This document shows, piece after piece, positions 13,005 through 25,109 of a stretch of DNA of 64,000 nucleotides (positions are counted from its first letter, which is position 1; the number at the start of each line of letters is the position of its first letter). The translations under genes and the position numbers were made by a program. The stretch lies in assembly GCA_011109175.1 (NCBI GenBank), contig RDEW01000008.1:511698-575697 (forward strand), read 5' to 3'. Below the pieces are notes generated by a model. That model saw only the letters and a list, made by a program, of their open reading frames with translations, did not search any database and had not been told where the DNA came from. This DNA is from Dicyema japonicum. Its lineage: Eukaryota; Animalia; Dicyemida.

Positions 13005-15240
13005 TAATTAGGTGATCCCGGCCGCCTCCATAAGGTCTTTCATCTTTTCCGGTGGACCTTCCGAGATCCAACACAGCTTCTTCTGAGGACGGGAGGGTTT
13101 TTGAAAGAAATACAAAGGGAGTGATGCAACGTCTTCTAGTAAGACCCAATCCATTAGAGCATTGTAGGAAGTTGGATTTTCGGCACAGAGCGGCGAATCC
13201 CTTCCCATTTTGTCCGATAAGGTCTTCCAGAGAGGTGGGTGTGAGACTGACTGTTCTCACGAGCTTGCCGATAGTTGTAGCTGATAGGGACTGAATATCA
13301 CTGATTTTCTGTTTGTTCGTCCAGGATAGGTTGATTCCCCAAGACGCACAGGCGTAGCTGATAGATGGCTCAATGAATTGTTTATGTAGTAGTTTCAATG
13401 CTGGGAAAGGGGTTTCTGATGCCACCAAAAATAGATTTGATCAAACCAAGATTTCTTGAGCAGGTTCCGGAGATATATTCGACATGAGGGAAAATAAATC
13501 AACGGTCATTCTTCCAAGGCGTTTGTCTGAGGTAAATAGGGATGTGGATGACTTCTCAGGAGATATTATATCAAGTCTGTTGGAGATTAACCAATTTTGA
13601 ATCACGTGTAGTTGTTTTTGAACTCTTTCTGAGGCTTTTAGGAGATCCTGGTCACGGGATCCAATTAGAATGTCGTCAGCATAGGAAAGGAGAAGATCGT
13701 CTTCATCAACTGATCGTGGCAAATCGGACATAAAAAGGTTGAATAAGGCGGGGGACAAAATAGAGCTTTGCGGAACACCATTGGGAAGTAGTCTCGAAAG
13801 TGATTTGTCCCATCCATTACAAACTCGGGCCTTTCTCCCGCTGAGGAAATTCAAAAGCCAGAGTTTTAGATTGGGGTTAATGAAGAGTCCAAATAATTTC
13901 CTGGTTAAAATTTTCCTGGAGACAGAGTCAAAGGCGTTACGCAGATCCACAGAGCAGACGATGGTTTTGAAGTGACGAGGATTTGAGTTGAAGCCATCAA
14001 GGATAAATTGATTGAGAGAAGTAAGGTGGGTGGACGTTGAATAGAACTTTCTGAAGCCATGTTGAAAGGAACTGAAGGAAGGGACGGGGAAATGAGATCA
14101 AGTACCAGTTTTTCCAATAATTTTGAAATGAACATAATAGAGAAATTGGTTGGTATGAAGCGGGATTGTTTTTGTCCTTGCCAGGTTTTGGTATTGGGCG
14201 TATGTGGGAAAGTTTCCAAATCGTAGGGATTGAATTCATGTTCAAAGAAATAGTTGAAAATAAGGGAGATTACCCCAATAGTAACCGGTCCAAGGTGTTT
14301 AAGAAGTATTGAAGAGATGCCATCTGGACCACAAGCGGGAGGGATTAATCATCTTCAAGCCTTCGAATACGTTTGAATGAGAAATAAAAGTGATCGGCGG
14401 TCTCATCGAGAACAAAGAGGGTCCATCCATTTTCTTGAAGGTTTTGTGACTTATACCGGTATAATACTTCGTTAGTTGATTTAAGCTGTGTTGGTCTGTC
14501 TTTTGTGTCGAGGTGGAGTTTTCTTTAGGGCCAAGTCTTTTTATTGCCTTCCAGACCATCTTGGCAGATTTCTGAAATGGGAGAGAGCAGATTCGCTTTT
14601 CCCACTTGTTCGCTTCAGCCCTTCTGATCCTTCTTGAAATTTCATTCATAAGGAAATTTATCTTCCCTTGGTGGGTGCTCACATTACTGATCTGCCAAAT
14701 CGAACTCTTATCTTCTTATTGAGTAAAAGGACTTTTATCATTTTCATTTACTCAGAATCCAGAAATTCCTTTACTGAGTAGATCTCGACTGATTATATCG
14801 AAAGCCTTCAAGATGTCTTATGCCAAGATTATAGTTGCTTTTTAGTATCTTTGGTTTATAAAGAGGCTCCATTTGTGACTCCAAACTAAAATCCGTCTTT
14901 TTATAAGTAGTTCTTTTCATTCCCTAAGAATCTGGGACATCTAAATACTCTCAGAAACCGCATACGTAACCCAGTGGTTAACCTATTAGCGATTAAATTG
15001 AGCGAAAACTTTAAGGCCTTCCAGCCAAGTCGTTAATGAGGTACCTTTTATCGCACAGAATCTCAATCAGCCATTCCTCTTCTCTGCAGCCCCTTTTTGC
15101 TATCAGCGATCAACTGACAGGAAGGAAAATGATTTGGTTCATAAAATCCCTTGCTGATCTAATCTCACAGTCCTTGTCTTAGATTATTTGATGAAGACAG
15201 AATTCATGTCCTAGCAATCTCAAAAACTAAACGAGCAAGT
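13005..15240 (-). mobile_element. Jockey/I-like LINE, 5'-truncated and frameshifted (EN C-terminus, RT, C-terminal AAGIT)
   Basis: WKLSHIRPIPKPGKDKNNPASYQPISLL, DLRNAFDSVSRKIL, GVPQSSILSPALFNLFMSDLP, YADDILI, LHKQFIEPSISYACASW; ends MEAAGIT-stop. Confidence 0.85.
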
Positions 15241-15589
15241 TCTCATAGTCCAAGTTCTCTCTTTGAGACGCCATTCAATTCAATCGCAATTTAAGTGCTA
15301 AAATTTTATTTTTATTTTTTATACTTATTTTAATATAAAATTGAATTTGGAATAATTATTACTGTTCAGCTTTTGAAGCTATATTTCAGTAATCTAATAA
15401 AAAAATTTATCGCTGTTGTCGTGTTAATATATACAGTTCTCTCTCCTATTATCTATTCATGTCTGTTTTTTATGATGTTCACACGAAGACACCTCATGCA
15501 AAGGGTTCAGAGTATCAGATTCTCGCAAGTGCGGGATTCGATTTTCTGTATGTGTTGGTTACTACCACATAGGTTGTGAAAAACTATCC

Positions 15590-17500
15590 AAGAAAATTGG
15601 TGGTATTCGCACCATTGCAATTGGAAACGTATTTCGACGTTTAGCCGCAAAAATGGCTTGTCGTTTTGTTATCTCCCGAATTTCAGCCGAATTTTGTCCT
15701 TCGCAGCTTGGTGTCGGAATCAATGGCGGCTGTGAAGCTGGGATCCACGCAGTGAGAGAATTTGCGTCACAATCAACTGAATTGAATGCTGAGGACAGAG
15801 TTTTATTCAAATTGGACCTCCGGAATGCCTTCAATTCAGTCAGAAGGGACACCGTTCTTGATACCTGTAGGAGGAGGATTCCTCAGATTTATCCCTTTGT
15901 ATATCTCGCGTATTCGGATCCATCCTCTCTTGTTTTTGGCAGTGGAATTATTTCGTCCGGATCCGGAGTTCAACAGGGGGACCCACTCGGTCCTCTTCTA
16001 TTTTCCTTATCTATCGACCATATTGCCCAGGGCCGTTGCACTCCACTAAATCTGGACGATTGTATTCTCGGTGGAAGTCCAGATGATATTCTCTCCAAAG
16101 TTGCATCGATCAGACGTTTGTGTAAAAATCGGTCTGGAATTTAACAATGAAAAGTGCGAAACAATTAATCTGAATTCGAGTTCCGATTCATTCTACCTTT
16201 TTCATAGAAAACTCTGCGATATCATCCCAAGGGTTAGGAGACTCATATTGATTCTCTCGACTTCCTTGGGAGTGGGATTTTGGTAAACCGGGTGAGGGAG
16301 TTATTGGAAGGCAAAAGGACTAATTTACGTCAGTATGCCTACAGGATGAGTTTTTTGAACCGTCATGTCGCCTTTTTTATGCTGAAGAATTGTCTCCTTC
16401 TCCCAAGACTCCTTTTTATTCTACGGGGATCCCCATGCTACGCCGAAAAAGATCTTCTATCGTTAATTGATATGGATATCCGGTCAACGATGGGGTCCAT
16501 TCTTAATGTTTGTTTTGATGATTTCGGATGGTTACAGGCCTCACTCCCTGTAGCCTACGGTGGTTTGGGTCTTTCTCTTCCTTCGGACGTTGCTTTGGGC
16601 GCCTATTTATCTTCGTTCGGCTCGTCAAGGCGTTTAGTGGATACGGTCCTTCACTCTACTTCCGGACTAAACGTACCGCTGACGCCGTCGGGATCCTGGG
16701 ATGAATGGATGAATTTGTACCTGAATGCTCCGGCCAATTGTGATAAGCAAAAGTCCTATTTGTTTTGTGTCTTCGAAAAGAAGAAAGAGTTTGAAAAGAC
16801 GAAAGATGTAAGAAGGCTTGCCTGCCTCAAAACAGCCAGTTGTCACTCGACGGGGGCCTGAATGAACGCTTATCCATCTGCGGAAATTGGAAACCTGTTG
16901 GATGATGAGGCTGTGAGAATAGCTACCTCGCTTCGTCTTGGTCTTAAATTATGTGCCGAAAGAAAATGCCGCTGTGGACGTTGGATCGATCCTTTTGGTT
17001 ATCATCCCTTGTCATGCAAGATGAGTGCGGGTCGTTTCCCCAGGCACTCCTGTCTTAACATGACATTAAAGAATTCCCTTGCCTCTGCTGGACACTATTG
17101 CCTGTTAGAACCTGCTGGTCTTTCCATCTACGATGGAAAACGCTTTGATGGGATGACGACTTTTCCATTCGCCAACGGACAAAACCTGATCTGGGACGCG
17201 ACGTGTGTTGATGCTTATTCCCCGTCTAATTTGGTTGCTTCTGCTTCAGACCCAGGACACGCTTCAAAGCAGGCCGAGGAACGAAAGAGGAGGAAGTACC
17301 AGAGAATTTCGGAGGAGTATCTTTTGTTCCATTCGCAGTGGAAACAGGAATCCTTGGCCCCAAGCAGATGAGTTGGTTCGTAAGATCGGCTCCATGATTC
17401 AAGCTGTGACCAAGGATCCGCGAGAGACTGGTTGGTTCCGAGAACGTATCTCGATGGCTATTGTTAGGGGAAATCGCATGGCCATTCAGATGCATTAATA
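15590..17500 (+). mobile_element. CRE-clade non-LTR retrotransposon (RT + Cys/His finger + restriction-like endonuclease), 5'-truncated
   Basis: IRTIAIGNVFRRLAAK, QLGVGINGGCEA, DLRNAFNSVRR, GVQQGDPLGPLLF, LDD; then CRCG..HPLSC..GRFPRH, RFDGMT, LIWDATCVD. Frameshifts and a stop at 16859-16861. Confidence 0.85.
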
Positions 17501-18304
17501 TATTAAACAAAATTGAGTTGTTTACGTACATTCTTTAATTCTAATTAATTTTTTAATTTTGCTAAAAAAAACATACATTATAAATGCGATAAGTGCTATT
17601 TTTAATTTTAAATGCTAATTTAAATTGCATTTAAAACTTATTTTAATGTCACCCATAAAATGATAATAAAATAATTTAGCACACTATATAGTATTATTAG
17701 TGTTGCTAAAACCAAGTGTTCGTTGCTTTAGAAAGCTAAGCGTATAGTCTCGAAATTTAAAGATGAGTTCTGTATTGCTGACAATGGCCTTCTATTTTGT
17801 TCTTTTTTTTATTCAAAGCCAACTGTTAAAAAAAATTTCAGTTGATTCTCATCCTTCTTTAAAACATCAGAACAATATGCCTATAAATTTGTTAATACAA
17901 TTGTAGGTCATTCGTGTAATTTAGTTCAACAACATTAACTGAATCAATCAAAGTAGATTAGGTTAATGAAACGATCACGGTTAAGTTTCTAGCAGAAAAA
18001 AAGATATATGAGTCATAAGATGATTCGGATTTTTAATCAATCATTCTATAATTTGAGCGATTAGTTGATCTTGAGTATTTTACCCACATAAGCAAATTAC
18101 AAGAATATTGGCTTAAGGTAAACACAAAAGAGAAAAACGAACCAGTAAGTCAAAATGTATAAAACTTAAACCATTCACACTAGTGATCGTAAAAAGTGTT
18201 CAAATATGAAAGAAAGCTAGAAAATAAATGAAAGGATTCCTACGTAAAGAAAACAAATTAGAATAAATTTTGAAACAAAAAGAATGACGAATTTATCCCT
18301 CATA

Positions 18305-20255
18305 TCACTTATCATATTTGACGATCCATTTAAACCTGTCCTCATCCATGCATTGTTGATACACTACCTTTTTTCTGTCTGCAGATATTCCTAGACAATA
18401 TGCACCTTCTTTATTTCTAATTGTGCCATCCTGGAAATTATAACCAAACTAACGTCATTAAACACAAACTCTTGATTTCCCAAAGAGGAATGGCACACAT
18501 CAACCCTAACAGGATTGTACCCTACATCAAAACACTTTTCATCCCTTCGAATCTCCTTTGTATTAGAATAGAACCACAACTACGGATAACCAAACACCTC
18601 ACCTGATTACCTCTATGCCCATGACACACGTAAAAACCTAGTTCATTTGAACCACCATCCGCATTCCAATCAAGACAAGTGCCAGAGTCTCTATTCCTGA
18701 TCTTACAATCACAAAAAATACTACCTCTAAGATAGAGACGGAGGTAGAAGGATTGAACAAGGAGGGGTACACATTATTGAGGTACCAATCAAAAGAATGA
18801 CAATTCAGCCTCCTGCGAATCTTCAAACGACTAGATATATCTCCATAGTCAGTGTGCTACAATCACTAAGACATATTAACCTGGTTAGTTCCGAGAGAAT
18901 CAAGATAATATTTTTTATAGTCGTCCAACCACACATTGGCCAACCTCAGGTTGTTGATCAAGAAGACGTCTTTATTGGTTCTCCAAACATAAGGACTCCG
19001 TGAACGGAAAATGTGCCCAACTATGGAACAAGGGTGGATGTAAACGCTCCCATGGCACATCCATGTCTAAAATTAAGTGGATTTTCACCCGAAATGAGAT
19101 TTCAAGATTTTCAGCCCCCCAAATGTCCATTCCAGGGTCATAGCTACCAAGATCGTAAAAATACTTCCTTGATACTGCAAACAATCCACCAGAAATAGTT
19201 GGGGACCTTAAGATAAGTAATTTTACCACCGAATTGGGTCAGCCTCAGAAGTTCGTCCACGGAGGTCTGTTTCTGTAGGTAGACGCCAAGTGAAGACCAA
19301 ATTCCAATTGAATCCACCAATCTGGATTCCATAAGAATTGGGGATAAACGAAAGTGTCTTGTCGTCAATGTAATTCACATTGGGGGCCACTACGGTAGCC
19401 TCGTCATTATGTATTACGTAGAGTAAGGGTAAGATCCATCCTACGAATTAGGTGGAAGGGTACCCTCAGTAGCCTCACAATGGGAGTCCAGAAAAATCAA
19501 CACTTTTCCAACAGCAGCATCTGCCCCAGCTAACCTCGCTTTGATGAGCCCGATTCTCTCATTAGTCCTCAAAATCTTCACAAGTCCCTCAAAGGCAGAA
19601 TCGACGTAACTTTGCAGTGAATGTTTGAGAAAATCTGAATCTTGAAATAAGGACAACCAAAAGGTGCTCCCATCGTCCACAAAGAATGATCTCTTTGAGA
19701 AGCGAAGGAGGAGTTCTGTCAACAACTGAGTAAACCGTCCGCAATAGAGTAGACAAGGCCTCATTGTGGAAGCAGATTATAACGCTCGCATCTGGAAGGT
19801 CTGATTCGTGGAAATCCTTAGTTTTGCACCTATTGATTGAATATCATAATATTACTCATGTAATCGATTGTCTGGAAGAACTCTACGAAGGGATATCCGA
19901 TCGCTGGCATATTGGTTAAAGGCGTTTCTTCGGAATCCAGCATCGTACTCACTCTGGTCATCAGAACTCAGGGAGTCTCTCTCATTCGGAAAGGCAGCAC
20001 CATTTCTCCCCTTAGTTGACACAACTGTCTACCTGGTTTTGAGCCGCGGACAACAATGTTTATCAGATTAATCGGATATTCAACTCCACCAATTGGAGGG
20101 GGAATTTCATTTACCTTGTGGCTCCGATCTTCTTGCTTTTTGGGGAAAACTTTTGATTGATGAGTGGCTTTTATGTATATGAAGATTGTAAAAATTGCAA
20201 ATATCAGCAAAAAATGCCTCTTAAGTTTGAATCCGATCTTTCTCAGAATAAGCAT
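18305..20255 (-). CDS. GALNT: Polypeptide N-acetylgalactosaminyltransferase (GT27 catalytic domain + ricin-B lectin), 10 exons, ~579 aa after correcting two +1 indels
   Basis: N-terminal basic/hydrophobic signal anchor; [43 protein letters not shown] (DxH), [29 protein letters not shown]-terminal CLD/CHG..GNQ lectin repeats. Nine GT-AG introns of 22-26 nt: 20011-20032, 19830-19855, 19441-19463, 19207-19229, 19067-19088, 18857-18880, 18702-18724, 18580-18602, 18431-18453. One extra base near 20003-20005 and one near 19681-19683. Confidence 0.92.
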
Positions 20256-20584
20256 ACTAAATAATTAACAGCGCATAAATATTTCCGTCTATTTAAAAAT
20301 ATTTTTTTTAATTAATTTTTCGTGCGATTGTTAAATATAATTTTTTGGTTCGTATTTCTTTTCTGCGTTTATTTTGATAATTTTAATAGAAATTGATTAA
20401 ATCTCAAACATGAGTTTATTTAATAAACAAAACTAAATAAATCAATTTTAATCTTATTTTCCAGGTATTATTTTCAGTACTCTCGACGTTCAAAGAACTA
20501 ATTAACAAATGCTATATAAATCATTCTTGTCTATTTTCTTTGACTATTTCAATCCAAGCATTTTCATAGATTGTATTCGATGAA

Positions 20585-21110
20585 ACGGGTCTATCCTGAA
20601 TTCTTCAGCCTGGGCATCACCCACGTTGACGAATTGTACTAGGACTAGTTTAACAATTGTGTTATATAGCCTTAGACAGATGATATACTTTATCGTCAAA
20701 TCACTTCTTTTTAACTTCGTTTACGCAGCTGTATTATTCGAACGAGGTCCTTACTGTTTCCAAAAAATCGTTGGGTACAATTTCTAACTTCATTAGAACA
20801 ACTTCCAATAGACTAAGCAGAGCTGATCTATCCCTTGATATAAGTCGACGATGTCAGCATAAATGGATTCAGCTATCTCATCTAAATAAAACTTTCACGT
20901 AGCGCCATCTCCGAATATATTACCAAACAAGGAGAGATTGAGTTCCCTTGGTAGGTAGTCACATTATTGCTCTGCCAAATCGAACTCTTAGATGTGTGCT
21001 GGATAAAATAACTCTAATCATTCTCATTGAATCAGAATCCAGAAATTCCTTTACTGAGTAACTCTCGATGGATTATATCGAAAACCTTCAAGAGGTCTTA
21101 TGCCAAGGAT
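20585..21110 (-). mobile_element. Composite of an RTE RT fragment and a jockey-like LINE fragment
   Basis: 20585-20930 resembles 1260-1420 and 57770-58020; 20960-21110 matches 14690-14830; the same junction recurs inverted near 60060. Confidence 0.55.
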
Positions 21111-21147
21111 GAAAATATTTTTTAAGAAATAGAATTATAAATCATAT

Positions 21148-22170
21148 TTAAAACTGCCATCTATCCAAAGTGGACCCCGCCGACATTATCGACGTTGCGT
21201 TGCCTCTCACGATTGCAACAGAAATCAACTGGAGTAGCCACCGGGTCTCACGTGCGTCATGGCTTTTTAGTGTAGCTAAGCGTCCAAGTTTCTTTAGGAA
21301 GCGAAGCGATTTTCCACTTATTCCTCCAGTTGTCTCGACCACTATCGGATAAAACGCGAATCGGTCGCGTAGCGCTTCGTATTTCTTCTCCTTTGCCCTC
21401 ATCGTTTTTCCGCGGAATACAGTGTGTCTACCGCGCTTCCGACAATGTTGGACGGGCAAAGCGTGTCGATCAAAGGTTTCCTCTTCGAATGGGAAAATTG
21501 TGATCCCGTCGGGACGTTTTCCGTCTCCTCTGTCCAGACCAACAGGTATAGTATGGCTGGGTATCCAGCAGACTCCAGGGCTCGCTTGACAATTCCGTTG
21601 ATCGCCTTGTGTCTTGGAAATCGTCCTGCACTTCTTCGACAAGAGAGGGCATGGAGTCCATAACATCGATGCGACATTTGTGGGTCCGGCAAATCTCCAG
21701 TCCAACTCTGGTGAGATGCCGATGCGGACAGTATCGTCGTCAACTGGGTCCGACACTGCCATTGAGAGTGCATTGATCCATGTGCCACTCGATTCGCATC
21801 TTCCAGGACTAGACAAGCACGTCTGTGTTGGTTTGATTGGTTCAGAAGCCTCTCATATTTATCCTCGCAGATGGTCCTGTAACGATCTTTCTGCTCAGGC
21901 ATCATCCCCTTCAAATGCTCCATCTCTGTGATTTCAGATGATTCTGTTTGGAGTTGGAGAATTATCCTGACCAGCAGTCGAATGAAGCCCAAAGAGGATA
22001 AATAAGCAGGGCAAGCCAGATCTTTCGTTGAAGGGATTCTCAGTCCGCCCAGGCTAACGGGTAGGGTCGCTTGGTCCCACCCTTGTTCGTCAAATTTCAC
22101 ATTTGTGATACGTTAAATAGTCTTCCGGAAGAGGGAATCGATAGCATCGAGCTGTTGCATTTTCAAGTAG
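21148..22170 (-). mobile_element. CRE-like retrotransposon 3' part
   Basis: WDQATLPVSLGGLRI, HALSCRRSAGRFPRH, GLDRGDGKRPDGITIFPF, FYPIVVETTG, ISVAIVRGNA; very similar to 57150-57760. Confidence 0.82.
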
Positions 22171-22496
22171 CAAGCCATACTTTTATATAATTTGAGGCTC
22201 ACAATATGAGACCTTATTCGATGATATATAGACACGTCTTAGGTTAGCAACAGGCTCTTTTTTAATTGCTGATTGAGTTTTAAAATTATTATAATCGGAG
22301 TTAATAATGAAATTTGATGACGCATGCTAACGACGCACATATTTAAAAGAACGAAATAGAAAGCCCTACGTGTACATTTGCTAGGAATAGGTTTTATTGG
22401 CCTCTTGTTTTTAATCAGAGTTAAATTTCTTAAATAAAAAATAAATATAATTGCTAAAATTAATAATTAGAGAATCGTGATGAAACCAATCAATTA

Positions 22497-24068
22497 ATGA
22501 CTCAGGTGGACTTAAATGACCTTATAATAGTCGTTTTCGGAGCATCGGTTGCCCATTTTGTGACTCTTAGGGAGACTTGGCTGCGAAAAAAATATATCCC
22601 GCTATATGGTATAAAATTTTTGTGATTCCAAGGACTCTCTATAAAAAGTCACAGATTCCAAAAAATGTTAAAATTGTTGGTTATGCTCGATCTCCTCTCA
22701 CTGCGAGCATATTGACGGAGAGACTGAGAGCGTCAGTTCTTCCTCAGGTCGATGAGGACTGTACTTTTGACGAATTCTGCAATAATAACTTCTACATTAA
22801 AGGACTCTATGACGAAGAGGACAGTTTTAAAATACTCAGGGAAAAGTTGGACGACATTGGTAAGAATTCCAACAGAATATACTACATGGCACTCCCTCCA
22901 GATCTCTATGAAAGCAGTTCTTTGTTGATTAACCAATTCCTCATGCTAACTACGTGACTATATTAAAACCATTTTTGTAGTGGATGGGTCCGAATAATAT
23001 ATGAGAAACCCTTCGGTCGAGACTTGACTTCCAGTAATGATCTCTCTGCTTATTTGACGTCTCTTTTTGACGAGTCCCACCTTTACAGAATGGACCACTA
23101 CCTGGGGAAGGAAATTCTTAGAAATTTGATAGCTCTGAGGTATTTTCTGATAAAACTGGTAGATTCGCTAACCGAATTTTCTCAGCGGTTTGGAATAGAG
23201 ACCACATAAAAAGTGTGATCGTGACGTTCAAAGAAGACTTTGGAGTCAAAGGTAGGTCCGGCTATTTTGACAATTATGGGATTATTCGGTAACTTTGGTC
23301 TTCTATTTGAAAGGGACGTCATACAGAACCATTTACTGCAGATCGTGACTCTGATTGCCATCGAAATGCCAAAGACCGCTGATTCTGAGGCCATTCGGGA
23401 GGAGAAGGCTGATTTCTGTTAATTATTGCAGGTGAAGGTTCTAAAACACATCAAAAAAGCCGAGATTTCTCAAACTGTGATAGCACAGTACTTGGGATAT
23501 CGAAGTGAGGCCGGAGTTGCCTCAAATTCGAGGACTCCAACCTTTGCTTCCACTGTTCTATACATCGACAACGACCGGTGGAGGGATGTCCCATTTGTTA
23601 TTAAGGCTGGGAAAGGTAGGGAATCGGGGTGACTGTAGAGTTTAACGAAAGGAAATGTGAGATTAAAATTCGTTTTCGTGATACAGAGAGTGACTTATTG
23701 GGGTCCACTACAAACAACGAGCTCATATGTGTGTGGGACCAACTGAGTCCATCTGCTTGAGAGTTCTGACAAAGAACCCCGGGAGGACGAGAGATACGTA
23801 GACGTGGATTTGAAAATGGACTATAAAAGCGCATTTGAAGTGATCTTTTTAAATAGGCATGTAGAACTATTCGGTGGTTGATCCCTATGAGACTTTAATT
23901 CTCCAGGCGATCGAAGGAAATCAGGCCAATTTTGTGAGGACGGATGAGCTCGAAGAGGCATGGAGGATATTCACACCTCTGCTTGATGCCTTGGAGAAGG
24001 AGAAAACAGAGCCTGTTGTATACGAGCGAGGAGGTTCTGGTCCTTCTTGCACTGACAAACCGGTTTGA
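22497..24068 (+). CDS. G6PD: Glucose-6-phosphate 1-dehydrogenase, 9 exons, ~459 aa after correcting two -1 indels
   Basis: Spliced motifs [83 protein letters not shown]. Introns 22548-22570, 22609-22632, 22954-22980, 23140-23162, 23289-23313, 23408-23431 (GC-AG), 23616-23638, 23840-23864. Single missing bases near 23725-23736 and 23781-23783. Confidence 0.95.
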
Positions 24069-24699
24069 TGTGCTACAAAATAAACTAAATTAATACTATT
24101 CCCGTTTAATAGAGTCTGTTTCTATTCTGATGTTTATTGATATTTTAAAAGTGCACCATTGTGACCACATTTGTTTATAAAGAATATATACCTTTGTTAA
24201 CACGCTGGGGTGATCCTAGTTATTTCAATCTTCCTCTGTTCTACGTCGAACTCCTCAGAGTGCCAAGGTCTTCGCCGTCCTTAGTAATTTCTTCGCCAGA
24301 TCGTCGTTAAGTATTTTGGGAAAATTATGGGGTTTACTCTTTCTTCTTCAATTATTATTAACCCCAGGCTTGCAATTGTTGGTAAGCACAAACAGTCACA
24401 TCTAATTAATCCAAGGAAGGAACACAAGGGAAAACATCTGCTTGTGTCTATCAAATGCATCTCCGTTACAGGCTTTCAATTCAGAAGAAAGTTGGATAAG
24501 TATATCCTCTCTTCCATTTTCGTCGCACATTCTACCGTCGCGGAAATCACTCCTTTCTTCGGCGAATAGTTTTCATAATGTAATCTTCAAGAGGATTTGG
24601 TCTGAGAGAAGGTAATAGGAGTGATTCATTGTATTTCTGTTGTTTTTTAACTTAAATGTATTATTTGAGGTTAGTTTTGGGATATTATATTTATAATGA

Positions 24700-24992
24700 T
24701 AAAGCTAAGCTCAACTGGCAACTATGCCACGTGGCTCAACGTTAGTGCGGTTATTCTAATGTGGCTAATTGAATTGAAGATTTTTATGTTTGTTTCTGTT
24801 GTTTTCTCTTCCTTATGGCTCCAGGGAGCTTAAATTGTTCGCGTACATTATGTGGTTCACCGTCTCTGGTGGCGCCAGATATAATCCTAAAAGACCATTA
24901 GTCAAGAACCATCCAGAGGTGTTCCCACTATGGCACTTCCTTTACGATCAAGCATTAGAAAACTGCTGAGGGAGGCCGGGGTCACCTGAATT
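24700..24992 (+). mobile_element. LINE 3' end (GIT-family variant)
   Basis: Ends CTG AGG GAG GCC GGG GTC ACC TGA (LREAGVT-stop), homologous to the LEAGIT/AAGIT termini. Confidence 0.4.
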
Positions 24993-25109
24993 TTTTCATT
25001 CTGTGTATGACGGTGTTTTTTGGTTAATAAATTTAATTTAGAAACAACCCCTTTCACCGATTAGTTAGCATGACTGGTCTTTACTCCAAAAATAAAGTGA
25101 TGTCCTGCA

